A DNA stretch of 50,134 nucleotides from Octopus bimaculoides (GCF_001194135.2 NC_068990.1:50288614-50338747); one strand, 5' to 3'; positions 12,550 to 26,252 are shown, counted from the first letter of the stretch. The notes: generated by a model from the letters alone, not told the origin. Numbers and translations are program-made.

Positions 12550-12917
12550 TCCTGTTTCAGTCATTAGACAGCAGCCATACTGGGGTACCACCATTTTAGT
12601 TGAATGAATCAATATCAGTATTTATTTTTTCAAAGCCTGGTACTTATTCTATCAGTCTTTTTTTACTGAACTGTTAAGTTACAGAGATTTAAGCAAATCA
12701 ACACTGGTTGCTAAGGGGTGGAAGGTGATAAAAAGAGACACAAAGACACATACACACAGACACATTTATGCTGGGCTTCTTCCAATTTCCATCGACCAGA
12801 TTCACTCAGAAAGCTTTGGTTTTCCCAAGGCTATAGTAGAAGACACTTACCCAAGATGCCATGAACCTAGAACCATGTGCTTAGGAAGCAAGCATCTTAT
12901 CGCACAGCCACTGCACC
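12550..12917 (-). mobile_element. tRNA-derived SINE, same family, ~55 bp from the host exon
   Basis: gctatagtagaagacacttacccaag...aaccatgtg...cacagccactgc matches the other copies. Confidence 0.75.
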
Positions 12918-12972
12918 TATTATAAGATTAATAGAAAAACAGCAGTTATTTTTAAAACATTTGGGCACTTAC

Positions 12973-13104
12973 CCCAACTATGAAAGTCCCAATGCAATTC
13001 CAAATAAAAGTCTCCTAGATTTCGCAGTGCTTGAATATGTAGGGCCCATTTCTCCTCCAGTGAATTCCGAGATTGCTGCTTGAGTGTATGAAGCAAAGTT
13101 TTAA
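12973..13104 (-). CDS. ANKRD13C: Next coding exon (132 bp, phase 1-1) of the ANKRD13C-like gene
   Basis: Minus strand ...tatccttttgcAG|tt aaa act...agt tgg g|GTaagt. Translates (I)KTLLHTLKQQSRNSLEEKWALHIQALRNLGDFYLELHWDFHSW, matching ANKRD13C LLRKLKQQSRESVEEK...LGDFYLELHWDFQSW (recalled). The a|tt junction with the 47815 exon makes Ile in frame. Confidence 0.9.
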
Positions 13105-14046
13105 CTGCAAAAGGATAAAGTTTTATATGGTTCAAATAAATTACACCAGAGATGGAATGAAAAGGATAACCAATACATGGTAAAAGCAATCTACCTTTCT
13201 CTTATGCGTGTGTTTATAAATATATACATATGCATACATACATATATATATATATANNNNNNNNNNNNNNNNNNNNNNNNNNNNNNNNNNNNNNNNNNNN
13301 NNNNNNNNNNNNNNNNNNNNNNNNNNNNNNNNNNNNNNNNNNNNNNNNNNNNNNNNNNNNNNNNNNNNNNNNNNNNNNNNNNNNNNNNNNNNNNNNNNNN
13401 NNNNNNNNNNNNNNNNNNNNNNNNNNNNNNNNNNNNNNNNNNNNNNNNNNNNNNNNNNNNNNNNNNNNNNNNNNNNNNNNNNNNNNNNNNNNNNNNNNNN
13501 NNNNNNNNNNNNNNNNNNNNNNNNNNNNNNNNNNNNNNNNNNNNNNNNNNNNNNNNNNNNNNNNNNNNNNNNNNNNNNNNNNNNNNNNNNNNNNNNNNNN
13601 NNNNNNNNNNNNNNNNNNNNNNNNNNNNNNNNNNNNNNNNNNNNNNNNNNNNNNNNNNNNNNNNNNNNNNNNNNNNNNNNNNNNNNNNNNNNNNNNNNNN
13701 NNNNNNNNNNNNNNNNNNNNNNNNNNNNNNNNNNNNNNNNNNNNNNNNNNNNNNNNNNNNNNNNNNNNNNNNNNNNNNNNNNNNNNNNNNNNNNNNNNNN
13801 NNNNNNNNNNNNNNNNNNNNNNNNNNNNNNNNNNNNNNNNNNNNNNNNNNNNNNNNNNNNNNNNNNNNNNNNNNNNNNNNNNNNNNNNNNNNNNNNNNNN
13901 NNNNNNNNNNNNNNNNNNNNNNNNNNNNNNNNNNNNNNNNNNNNNNNNNNNNNNNNNNNNNNNNNNNNNNNNNNNNNNNNNNNNNNNNNNNNNNNNNNNN
14001 NNNNNNNNNNNNNNNNNNNNNNNNNNNNNNNTATATATATATATAT

Positions 14047-15090
14047 CATCATCATCATCTAGCATCTGCTTTGTATGCTGGTATGGGTTAGATGGTTTGA
14101 CTGAAACTGGTGAGCTGCACCAAGTTCCTGTCTGATTTGGCATGGTTTCTGTGGTTGGATGCCCTTCCTAATGCCAACCACTCCAAGAGTGTAATGGGTG
14201 CTTTTTACATGCCACTGGCATGGGTGCTTTAATTTGCCACCAGCATGGGTGCCAATTACATGACACTGTCATCAGCCATGACTACAATTTCACTTGGCTT
14301 GACAAGTCTTCTCAAGCACAGCATACCACCAAAAGTTTTGGTCACTTGTCATTGCCTCCTTGAGGCCCAACATTCGAAAATCATGCTTCACCACCACATC
14401 CCATGTCTTACTGGGTCTACCTCTTCCACAGGTTCCCCCATAGTTAGAGATCAGCACATTTTCATACAGCTGTCCTTGTCCATATGCATCACATGACCAT
14501 ACCAGCACAGTGGTCTTTCTAACACACCACATCTGATGCTTATGCAGAATTTTTCTTTCAAGATGTTTATACTCTGTCATATGTGCACACTGACATTGCA
14601 CATCCAATGAAGCATACTAGCTTCATTCTTTTCAAGCCTTCGCATGTCCTTTGCAGTCACAGCCCATGTTTCACTGCTTTGTAGCATGGCTGTTTGCACA
14701 CAGGCATCATACAATCTGCTTTTCACCCTGAGGAAGAAGCCCTTAGTTACCTACAGAGGTAGAAGCTCCCTGAACTTTGCCCAGCCAATTCTTATTCTAG
14801 CAGCTATGCTCTCGGAACATCCACCTCTGCTACTGACTTGGTTGCCTGGATAACAGAAGTTATCAACTACTTCTAGTTATCCCCACTGCCATTTGATGGA
14901 GTCTATCTTCCTCTCATATTGGTGCATCTTTTCTGAGTCCATCTTATGGAGTTTCTACCTTTGCTTTTCCAATGTAAAGTGCAGGGCCATTTATCTGAAG
15001 GGATTTGTGATTTATCTGCTCTCCTACTTACTAAAACTTTGCTTTTTGCTAAATTAACTCTAAGGCCCTTTGATTTTAAACCTTCCTTCA
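14047..15090 (-). mobile_element. 3' part of the PHD-bearing RTE LINE with (GAT)n tail
   Basis: Minus ORFs GLKSKGLRVNLAKSKVL...KWPC and GTCGRGRPSKTWDVVVKHD...AVLEKTCQAK*; tail (CAT)n on plus at 14047. Confidence 0.85.
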
Positions 15091-15104
15091 ACATACATAC
15101 ATTC

Positions 15105-15145
<41 letters not shown>

Positions 15146-15792
15146 GTAGTATATTGCCACTTAAGTGTGGCTGACCCCTAGGGGTTGATGTTACTGTTGC
15201 TTTTAGCCCCAGGAGGGCTAAAAGCAACNNNNNNNNNNNNNNNNNNNNNNNNNNNNNNNNNNNNNNNNNNNNNNNNNNNNNNNNNNNNNNNNNNNNNNNN
15301 NNNNNNNNNNNNNNNNNNNNNNNNNNNNNNNNNNNNNNNNNNNNNNNNNNNNNNNNNNNNNNNNNNNNNNNNNNNNNNNNNNNNNNNNNNNNNNNNNNNN
15401 NNNNNNNNNNNNNNNNNNNNNNNNNNNNNNNNNNNNNNNNNNNNNNNNNNNNNNNNNNNNNNNNNNNNNNNNNNNNNNNNNNNNNNNNNNNNNNNNNNNN
15501 NNNNNNNNNNNNNNNNNNNNNNNNNNNNNNNNNNNNNNNNNNNNNNNNNNNNNNNNNNNNNNNNNNNNNNNNNNNNNNNNNNNNNNNNNNNNNNNNNNNN
15601 NNNNNNNNNNNNNNNNNNNNNNNNNNNNNNNNNNNNNNNNNNNNNNNNNNNNNNNNNNNNNNNNNNNNNNNNNNNNNNNNNNNNNNNNNNNNNNNNNNNN
15701 NNNNNNNNNNNNNNNNNNNNNNNNNNNNNNNNNNNNNNNNNNNNNNNNNNNNNNNNNNNNNNNNNNNNNNNNNNNNNNNNNNNNNNNNNNNN

Positions 15793-15835
<43 letters not shown>

Positions 15836-15840
15836 TATAC

Positions 15841-16002
15841 GACGGGCTTCTTTCAGTTTCCGTCTACCAAATCCACTCACAAGGCTTTGGTCATCCCAAG
15901 GCTATAGTAGAAGTCACTTGCCCAAGGTGCCACGCAGTGGGACTAAACCCGGAACCATGTGGTTGGTAAGCAAGCTACTTACCACACAGCCACTCCTGCG
16001 CC
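15841..16002 (-). mobile_element. tRNA-derived SINE head and core
   Basis: Same A/B-box-like head and CCTTGGGCAAGTGACTT core as 12045-12277. Confidence 0.85.
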
Positions 16003-16619
16003 TATACATAAATTAAGAACACAAATGGGTTACAGGTTCACTAAAGCTACTTCAAACACATTTTTTATTGATGAATAGTTCAATTACAACAATTACATCA
16101 TGAAAAAACCATTTCCATTAGGTGATTAAAAATTTACAATTATGTATTTGTTTTGCAAAATTCCTAATCTCAAATCATGTGTTGAAACAGATATCACTAT
16201 ATTTGGGGATGGTCATATTTTTTTGCCAATTAACCACATGCACTATATACTTGTTCTGCACTTCAGCTTTATTATTATTGTTGTTATTTTATTCTGACAG
16301 AATGCACTAAACAAAACAGGAGGAGATATGTGGGATGGAGTGTCACAGAAGAGGTTACAGGATGTGTGATGAAAGATTTTCAGACAAAGGAAACTAAAAT
16401 AAGAACAATATCAAAGCTGAAGTGAAGAACAAGTATATAGGGCATGTGGTTAATTGATAACAAAAATATAACCATCCCCAAATACAAAAACTAAAAATTT
16501 AGTTCGGAGAAAAAATGCCACAAGATGTGGATTGACCCTATCAGTTAGGCATTCTTAAAGAGAGCGGAAACACATCAAGGGTGGACGACAAAATGTACTG
16601 TAGGTTTATTCTTGAAAAA

Positions 16620-17386
16620 CCAAATAAAATCTGTAAGATTACTCCTACATCTACACTGAATAACATAAGCTTGGGTACTTTCAAAATTATTCAAGGATTG
16701 AAGCTTGAAGACTGAACTGAGCCCTTAAGGCTTAATGAACCTAGAATTAACCTAAAAGACCATAAAGATAATTTTAGAGACAACCTGACTGTTTAGCTGA
16801 TTTGCCCAACCAAATTAGATATTGGATAATTAGCCAAAGCTATTTTAGATCATGTCATTCTCTGTTTAATCCCACTTATATGGTCTAGCATGAGTGAAAT
16901 CATACACTAGGTTTCTTCAATAGAAAGTAAGTGTAAGTATTCCTTTTTACAATTTGATACAAACTCTTACTACTCCAACATATCTCCCACACTTCTGAAT
17001 AAGGTCCTTATATTTGCTAGAAAGAAGTCTTCCCTTTCTAAGGATCAAATAGATATTATATCGTTAGCTCAATGTACTGTTATTGAATTTGAGGGTAAAA
17101 TGTGGACAAGGAGTGATACTCCTGACAGCTTCAATATAACAATAGGATCAGTGACTCCACACAAGTCACTAATCTTGTGGGTATATATCTTCTACATTGC
17201 CTAAGAGATAGTTTTCCAAAACTAAAGGGTACTCTATATAAGGATGATGCATTATTTATTATCTTAAGCAGTAGTAAGGTAGAAACTAAAAGAACTAGGA
17301 AAAAACTTAGAAAATTCTTTAAGAATTATAACTTAGGGATAATATCTGAACACAATATTAAGACTGCTAATTTCCTGGATAATACT
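16620..17386 (+). mobile_element. Penelope-like element RT, 5' part (decayed)
   Basis: Conceptual translation GLKLED*TEPL...INLKDHKDNF...VGIYLL...LYKDDAL...RTRKKLRKFFK...KTANFLDNT follows the PLE RT motif order. Confidence 0.8.
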
Positions 17387-20300
17387 TGCCATCGGCAACT
17401 AAACTGGCAACTCCACAGAGCTTTCTTTGTGAGGAGGGTGCTTTCTTTGTTATTTGGTCATCCTGCAAGATTAAATAAAACACCTGTCAAAGTGTGAATG
17501 GACTCTGAAGAGTCAATGGCCATCCAGATAAGCAACTCTCGCTATTTTAGCTGTGCTACCTATTAAGCCCTTACTTGCTTAAGACAACAACAATAATAAC
17601 ATCTCTGCTGCCTTGTGGTAACACCCACTTAAGGGAAAGGCTTCGGGAGTAAATCTCAGGAGTCAGAGTCCCTAAGACTGCCTCAATCTGGCAATTCCTG
17701 CAGCCCCACTGGTGCCAAGTCGTGTTTGCCCCCGTCCTTCCCTTGAATAACATTGGTAGTGGTGGAGAGGGGAGACATGCTACATAGGCAACTGCCAGTC
17801 TCCCATGAAAATCTGCCCAGGCTTGCACCGTCTAACAGTGGTGGTAAAACACAGAAAGCAGTAGTCTACTGGTTTTAAGCCTACACATAATTGGCATAAG
17901 AGCAAGGCGCCAGGGACTGTTTTCGACAGAGGGAGAGGGTACTGTGCCTCACTGGACAGTTGTTGCCCACCTCAAGCTGGGCAGCCCCCAGCCAGTTAGG
18001 TGTTGTCCTGTCAAAGCCCACTTGTTCCACTCAGTGTATGGAGCTTAGGGACATTAATATTCCGGATTGTGAACTGTTAACACTGCACCAAGAAAAATGT
18101 ATGAACAATGTAAAACACCAGCATTCAGACTTGGATGTTGGAACATAAGAACCATGACAACTGGTCTGTTAGAGGACCTTCAAAAGATCAGTGACACAAG
18201 ACAGCAATGACCAACAATGAACTGCATTGCAGCACTCCAGGAAATGAGGCTCCCAGATCCAGGGACCCTTCATGAAAGAGAATATACCATTTTCTGGCAA
18301 AGGAAAGGCATAGATGAAGTCAGAGACAGAGAGCATGGTGTTGGTTCTGCTGTGAAGAACTCTCTGCTGAAGGTGGTAAAACTCAGCAACAACGGTTTGA
18401 AGTGGATACTCTCACTTCGATTGCACACTTCTGATGGGCCTATCAACCTTATCAGTGTTTATGCTCCAACCCCCTATTCCACACAAGACATCAAGGATAA
18501 GTTCTATGATCAGCTCTCTAGGAAAATACTGGGTATCCCAAATGGAGAACAGGTGGTGCAACTTGGCAACTTCAACACCTGAGTGGGAGCTCATCAATAC
18601 TCCTAGCCAGGGTGTCTGGGTCGGCACAGGGCTGGCAACATGAATGAAAATGGGCAATGGCTGCTCAAGCTCTGCATGCTCCATGGACTAAGTGTCATCA
18701 ACACCTTCTTCTGAGCCAAAGCTCAACACAGGGTCTCTTGACGTCACCCTCACTCAGGGTATTAGCACCAGCTAGATCTGATCATCACAAGATGTAACCA
18801 CCTGAGGAATGTCCTCCTGACTTAGTCTTTTCAGAGTACTGACTGTGACACAGACAACTCTCTGGTTTACTGCAATCTCAAACTACAACCAAAAATGATG
18901 CACTGCACCAAGCCCCCAGGCAAATAGTGCATCAATACCACTGCAACCCAAAAGCCAACTAAGACAGATGCATTCCTCAAGACACTGGAAGACACCCTCC
19001 TTGCAGACTCACCAGAAGGTAATGTTCAGCAGAGATGGGACTCTTTCAGGGACATCATCCATAACACTGCACTGAAGGCTTTGGGAGAAGGAGAAAAATG
19101 ACACAAGACTGGTTTGAGGCAAGTGTGAAAGAACTCAATACCCCCATGGAGGAGAAGCATGCTGTCCTGCTGAATCACAAGCACTAACCCACCAGGGCAA
19201 TGCTGCAAGCATTGAGATCATCAACGAACATGCAGAAGACTGTGAGACAGTGGGCAAATGACTACTGGTTACAACTATGTGTAGATATTCAACTGTCATT
19301 TGATATGGGCAACATTCACAGAATGTATGAAGGTATCAAGAAAGCCATCGGCCTAACTCAGAGCAAGGTAGCTCCATTCAAATCCAGAGCAGGGGAAGTT
19401 ATCAAGAGCAAAACAAAACAAAAAAAAAAAGGCAAGCTAGAGAGATGGGTGGAACATTATTACGAACTCTACATGAAGGAAAACATCTCAGACAGTGCCT
19501 AGACAGCATTGAACACCTACCTCTCATGGAAGAGCTGGACACACTGCCAACTGCTGAAGAACTGAGCAGAGCCATTGATGGCTTGCCCACCGGAAAAGCA
19601 CCAGGTTTGGACAGCATCTCACCAGAGATGATCACATTTGCAAGGAGAGTTCTACTTACCCACTTGCTGAAGCTACTGTGTCAGTGCTGGAAGGAGGAAA
19701 CAATCTTGCAAGACATGAGAGACTGCAACATTGTCACCCTATATAAGAACAAAGGGGACAAAAGTAACTGCAATAATTACTAAGGCATCTCACTGTTGAG
19801 CATCACTGGGAAGGTCTCTGCTTGCATGGCTCTAAACAGACTACAGAAAATCACTGAGAGGGTATACCCTGAATGTCAGTACAGTTTCAGATCAGAAAAC
19901 ACCACCATCAACATGATCTTCTCTCTTCGACAGCTACAGGATAAGTGCCGAGAGCAAAGGCAACCACTTTTTATCACCTTCATTGACCTCACAAAGGCTT
20001 TTGACCTAGTCAGAAGAGACAGCCTGTTCAAGATCCTTGCCAAGATTGGCTGTCCTCAAAGACTCCTCAAGATTGTCCAATCATTTCATGAGGATATGAA
20101 AGGCGTTGTTCAATTTGATGGCTCTTCTTCGGAGGCATTCAACATACGTAGTGGTGTGAAGTAGGGCTGTGTGCTTTCCCCAACCCTGCTTGGCATCTTC
20201 TTTGTAGTGATGCTGAAATATGCATTTAGGAAACCAACTGCTAGTGCTTACCTTCACACCAGATCAGACGGTAAACTGTTTAGTCTGTCAAGGCTGAAAG

Positions 20301-21321
20301 CAGGTACTCATCAGAGAAATGCTGTTCGTGGAAAACACAACAGTGCACACTGAAGAGCAAATGCAACACCTCATGGACAAACTTTCAAAGGCCTGTCAGG
20401 ATTTCAGCCTACCAGTCTGAAGAAGACCATAGTACAGAGCCAATGTACCAGCACCCACCCCACCACTGCCCTAATCCTCCTCCTCCTCATCATCATCATC
20501 TAGAAGTAGAGCATGAATTCACCTACCTCAGCTCTACCATCACTGACGACCTCTCCCTGGACCCTGAGATCAACAGGCAAATTGGACAAGCATCCTCTAC
20601 ATTTACCAGGCTCACAAAGAGAGTCTGGGAAAACAGAAAACTGGCTGTAAACACTGAGATTGCTGTTTATAATGCATGCATCTTTAGTACACTACTTTAT
20701 GGCAGTGAGACCTGGAGCCTCTACTCCAAACAGGAGCAGTGTCTCAACATCTTCCACCTTCGTAACTTGAGACATATCTTGGACATCAAGTGAATCGACT
20801 ACATCACCATCACCAAAGTCCTCAACTACACCAAGATACCCAGCATACTCACCTTGCTCCAGCAGCATTGTCTGTGCTGGAATGGTCATGTACATCGCAT
20901 GCTGGATGAGAGGACCCCAAAAGACCTCCTGTATGGGGAATTGACTACCATCACAAGAGCACAAGGACGACCTCATCTTTGCTTCAAGGACCTCTGTAAG
21001 AGGGATATGAAGCTGCTTGATCTGGACATCCTGAGATGGGAGGAGGTCGCAAATGATCACCCACACTGGGGACAAATACTGTAAAAGTGGATGAAGTAAG
21101 TGGAAGAAAAACATGAACTTGCCACCAATCAAAACAGCACTCATAGGAAGGAAAAACCAGTAGTGCTGGCAGAGAGCTCCTTCCAATGTGTGCACAACTA
21201 CCACTCCCGTGTGGGCCTATACAGCCACAACAAATGCTGCACTGCCATCAGCAGCTGACACGATTTCTTCAGACGCAGATCCATGGTCTCTCAAGACTGA
21301 CAGATGCTTACTACTACTACT
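17387..21321 (+). mobile_element. Full-length (~3.9 kb) RTE-clade LINE, inactivated by stops, with (TAC)n tail
   Basis: 5' UTR; APE endonuclease (IAALQE, VYAPT, LGNFN); RT (APGLDSI, FIDLTKAFD, SGVK*GCVLSP); LLYGSETW; LLYGEL; tail tactactactac at 21309-21320. Confidence 0.95.
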
Positions 21322-21560
21322 CTGGATCTCAAATTGGGCCTATACTATCCTTATAGAAAACCGTCTGATGTTATCACTTATATAAGCCATTTCTCTAATC
21401 ATTCCTCTTGCATCATAAGTCCATTAAGAACAGGGATTTCAACTAGAATTTCACAACTGTCTGCTAGTGATACAATATTTAATGCATATGCTCACTAATA
21501 TAATGCTGCATTATTTAAATCGGGTTACAAACACTGTATCAAATATTTCCAAGGAACTGA
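21322..21560 (+). mobile_element. Penelope-like element RT, 3' continuation
   Basis: LDLKLGLYYPYRKPSD..TYI..FSNH...ISTRISQLS...YNAALFKSGY continues in frame from NFLDNT at 17386. Confidence 0.8.
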
Positions 21561-22139
21561 TACACCTACTGGCTACATTAATACTAAGGGTACTATTACT
21601 CATAATAACATGCACCTTGATGGCAAAACATAAAAATAAAAATAAATATAAGAATAATAATAAGAAATAGTTAATGTTACATTGCTATATTTAGTGGCTA
21701 TATAACCAATGAGTTTGTGGATGGTTCATGAGTTGGATGTGATGCTGATTAAGGAGCAAGAACTTCTGAAATATGGCATATACACCCATTGCCCATTTTT
21801 CATCTTCAATGTCATTGTTGTTTACGTTAGGCATACTCGGATATGAAACGTCGTAACAAACCAGTGCTGGCTATAGTTTCTATAGAAAGTCTGTAGAGAA
21901 AACCTTAAGTGATTTAATAGCACTGCTAACACAGTAGAATTCAATATTGACTCATTATTAAGTGTTGCATAATGAAATAAGGTATTCCTACAAGTCATCA
22001 ATAGACATTTGTATATTAATTTATTTCTATTTATAGGCTTACCAAATAATAAAATGTATGCATGCATACATACATACATACATACATACATTCATTCATT
22101 CATTCATTCAGTCAGTCATTCATTCATTCTTTCACTCAT

Positions 22140-23190
22140 TATCAAAAAAGCATTTTTCAGGGTGACAGCCTGTCAGCAGTGGCCATAGATGACCTGAAAC
22201 TGCATGGGCCAAATATGAACCACATAAAAAAGCAATTGGACCTCATTACCCAATTTTCTCCAGGTACTGGAATGAAATTTGGTTGGTTCAAATATGCATT
22301 TTTGACAGTAAAATGTGGAAAAGTTGTGCCCTCCTCAGAAAGCCTAAAAATGAAAGCTTGACAATAAGACTTCTACAGTTAGGTGACAATTATAGGTATC
22401 TTAGACAAGATGAAAATGACAAATATGATGGAACAGGAATGAATACCTCAGTAGAGTAAAGAAAATATGGTTATCAGAATACCGTTCACAGTATTTGCAG
22501 TATTTATCCTCAATCTTATGTTTGGCCTTCTAAGCTGGTCATTACGAGAACTGAATGTGATAGATGTTCAAACATACAAGCTGCTCACTGTTACAGGAAA
22601 CTTCAACAACAATGGAAATGTAGACAGGCTAAATTTTCCGTACAAGGATGGTGACCATGGTCTCAAATCTATAGTGAATCAAATGAAGTACATATTGTGA
22701 CACTGAAACATCTGCAGGAGAGGAGAAAGACAAGTAACTATCTTGCCCAAATTTGTGACCATGAAATCAACAACACAATTAATATAGCTAATGAACTTGA
22801 GGATAAATATGAAATAAAAGCTGATACAGATCTCTTCCCAAGAATTGGTAAAATCTATTTACCAGATGAACAAAATAAAAAAAAAACAATGGATCAGCTC
22901 ACTGAGGAGATAGTACACAAGTATTTGAAATGAAAAACACAAACCACTGAAGAGACTGATCATGTCATACACTTGACATGGAGTACTAGCAAGTTTATAA
23001 TATCTCAATTTGAAGGCTACTTCCATGCAATTCAAGAACAAGAGATCCCTACCAAGTACCAACATCAAATACGGCAGAAAACAGACAGATAACAAATGTA
23101 CACTGTGCATGACCAAGACTGAAGACATCAATCACATTATTGCCAACTGCAAGAGAATATGTTCCAGATATCATCATTCCATTAAAAAAT
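22140..23190 (+). mobile_element. R4/Dong-like (restriction-like endonuclease type) non-LTR retrotransposon fragment
   Basis: IFQGDSLS...DDLKL...GMKFG; VDRLNFPYKDGDHGLKSI; EGYFHAIQEQEI; CCHC knuckle CTLC..KTEDINHIIANC. Confidence 0.7.
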
Positions 23191-23327
23191 TTCTTTCACC
23201 CTCTGGGAAAATACTGGACTTTGTAAAAGTCATTACAAACTTTACGACACCCTCACCAAAGGGCACAATAGTTTTGATACAATTAGACATGTTTTTTTTA
23301 ACATATAAATGTATTTAAATATTAACA

Positions 23328-24229
23328 TTAATCAATGTGGCTGGTCTCGGTGGTGAGCACATGTTCCAGGCAAGACCTGAAGGTGTGCACACATTGCAGA
23401 TGAAGTCCTTCTTCATACTGGCCCATACATGGTTGACAGAGGACTTCAGCTCATCGACGTTGCTATGGCAGACCTTGCCCACATGCTGTAGTGAAGGGGG
23501 TTAAGGTCAGGCAACTGTGGCACTGAAAAGTCTTTTGGTCAGAAGTTTATGTTCAACCCCAACCACTCTTGCATGGTCTTAGCTGTGTGAGCTGGGGCAC
23601 CGTCCTGCTGAAAGACATAGTCCACATTCTCTGTGATCTTTCTCACCCACGGTAGGATTTTTGTAGCCAAGATGTCCCTGTAGTCAGCCACAGCAACCCT
23701 GTAACTGGTCATGAACCACATCAGTGGTATCTTCTTGCCATTCAAAGCAACAACACCAAGCATCATCATGGAGGCTGGGTGCTTGGTCAATGAACATGTA
23801 GTAGACCTCAGAGACATCCTGGCCATAGCTGGTTGATCAGAAAAAAATGAGAATTCGATTGCCATGACATTTCAAGTTGTTGAAGGCAATGACAGTGCTC
23901 CCAACATTATTCTCGCAAATAGTCAGTGAGCAGAGGCCTTTCCATGCACCTCAAGCTCTTGCTGCTCTCCTCTTTGATGGCCCTGAGATCTTGTTCTTCA
24001 TGAGCGCAGTCAGTTTGAGCTGTGGATCACTTTTGAAGGCCTTTCTCATGACCAAACAGTTGACAACTTGAGATTTAATTGATTGAGGTCAATCTTTGAG
24101 GTCTTTCCTGATCTTGAGCCTCTCTGTGACTCTGTAGACAGTCATTCAGCTAACGTTGAACCGCTTGGCGATGTTGGACTTGTGGCCCATGCGCAGGAGA
24201 GCAGAGATCTCGATTCTTTTTGCTTCCAT
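23328..24229 (-). mobile_element. Tc1/mariner (maT-like DDxD) transposase pseudogene
   Basis: MEAKRIEISALLR HTH start at 24229; FSD; TKHPASMMMLGVV; FQQDGAPAHTAK; PDLNPL(D>H)Y. Stops and frameshifts present; TIRs not found. Confidence 0.9.
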
Positions 24230-25933
24230 CTTGATACATCTGCACACAATGGAAAAGATGTTTTAAAAACGTGCTGGAAAAGTAGAACTTTAAGTATGTT
24301 TGATGGTACTTTTTGTATCACACACTTAAACCTCTTGAAAGGTCAAAACCGAGTGTAACAGGACTTTTGCAAAGCCTGGTGTCTCAGATTACAGATAATG
24401 AATATTTCTCTGTTGATAGACAAATTAATTCAGCTTACATCAGTAAACTTTGTGGTAGGACATATTGTCATACGATATCAATGGAATCCCAAATGGATTC
24501 AATGGTAAATTATTAAATTCCACCAACTCTTGGTTACTCACATGAAATTTTGCCAGCTCAGTGAGATGTACGACAATTCAAGCATATATGGTTCTCAGAT
24601 GTTCATTGACGCTGGCTCACACTTCTACAAATCAATTCTGTGGACTACCTCAACAACAAAAGACAAAAACATTCACATCATGGCAGAGGACTTCAGTGGA
24701 CATGTTGGAAAACACTCCAATGGATTTCAGGGTATGCATGGCAGCTACAGCTTTGGCTCCAGAGATGAGGAGGGGACAAGGCTGTTGGAGTTTTGTGATG
24801 TTTATAGCTTACTGGTCTGCAGCACCAATTTCAGAAAACCTGCCAACCATCTGATCACTTATCAATCTGGCAGACACACCAGCCAGATTGGCTACTTCCT
24901 CACCAGACACAAGGACAGATATATGCTTGTAAATGCAAAATTTTTCCCAGGTGATGAATGTACAACTCAACATAAGCTAGTGATTAGTAACTTCAGGGTT
25001 AAGGACAGAAACATCTAGAGATGCAAGCCAATATGGAAAAGGAGACTGTGGAAGTTCAAGGATCTCTCAAACAGGCAGAGATGAGAGATGCCCTTAATGA
25101 GGCCTTTGATGAGAAAGAGGAAACGGTAGACATATGATGCAGAGGACAGTTGTAAATTTCTATGGACAATCTGTTAAGGACAGACTAAATTTGTGGTTGG
25201 AACAAAGCTTCTGCCAAACCAAGGATATTGTAGTGGTAGAACAGTGATGTTGACAGGGCTATAAAAGAGAAGAGATGGATATGGAAAGAGGGAGTAGCAA
25301 AGAATCATATCAGAAAGCCTTTAGAGAGGCTAGATGTCAGATTTATCTAGCTAGGGTAGAAACAGAAAAGAAGAGGTTTGCCAAAGTCCTACAGTGAGAA
25401 CATCAGAGACTTGAAGTGTTCCAGATTGTCAGACAGTCAGTCAGTGAGAATCGAGACATTGTGGGAGAGAAGTGTGTGCGGATGAGTATTGGTATACTTG
25501 CACTTAGTGATGTGGACAAGAAAGAGGTGTGGAAAAGTTACTATTTGAGACTGTTGAATGTAGAGAATAAATAGGATAAAGGGAGTCTCCCTCGGCTGAA
25601 CCCAACAGAGGGACCAGCTATTTTAGTAGACAACAGTATGGTAGATAAGGTGATTAAAAGCTTGAAAACCAGGAACGTCCATCCAGAATCATGACTAAGA
25701 TGCTCAAAATATCTGGTAAGGTAGGATACAGGCAAGTTGATTGCATAATTAATCAAGTCATTCTGGAAGGTGTAATACCAAGGACTGCTAGCAGCATTAT
25801 TGTTAGCTGCTACAAGGGTAAGGGTCATGTTTTAGATAGGAGCAATTATAGAGGCATCAAACTCTTGGACCAGGTGATGAAAATTACAGAGAAAGTTATA
25901 GTAAAATTAATTAGAAGCAGACTTAGGCTAGAC

Positions 25934-26252
25934 CAGGCCTGGCCAACTTGAATTACATTGCAGGCCACTCTAATCACAGAAAGGTTTTTGAGGGCCACTT
26001 GTATACTTTATGCACTAATAGTCAAATAATTAAATTACAGAATCAAGAATTTTTCATACTTTTTGTTTCTTTAAAATTATAAAATTGTAGGTTAATTGTT
26101 TTATTGCCACTTATACATTTAAAATTTATTTTGAAACAAATGTTTTACACAAACAATTTTATTTTGAAATTAAACACAATGCTTCAAGAAAGTATCAAGC
26201 GGGCTGCAAGATAAAAGTCTGTGGGCTGCATGCAGGCTGCATGTGGCCCATG
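25934..26252. mobile_element. hAT (Charlie/Buster-like) MITE inserted in the LINE RT
   Basis: Starts CAGGCCTGGCCAAC, ends with gggctgcatgtggcc motifs. 8-bp TSD ggcTAgac (25926-25933) / ggcTAgaa (26253-26260). The LINE frame RLD|EMQF is split here. Right TIR appears lost. Confidence 0.6.

Noticed and set aside
15196-15228. Perfect 14-bp stem hairpin resembling a terminator
   Set aside because: The right arm ends exactly at the N gap, suggesting a contig-end foldback artefact; terminators of this type are not expected here.
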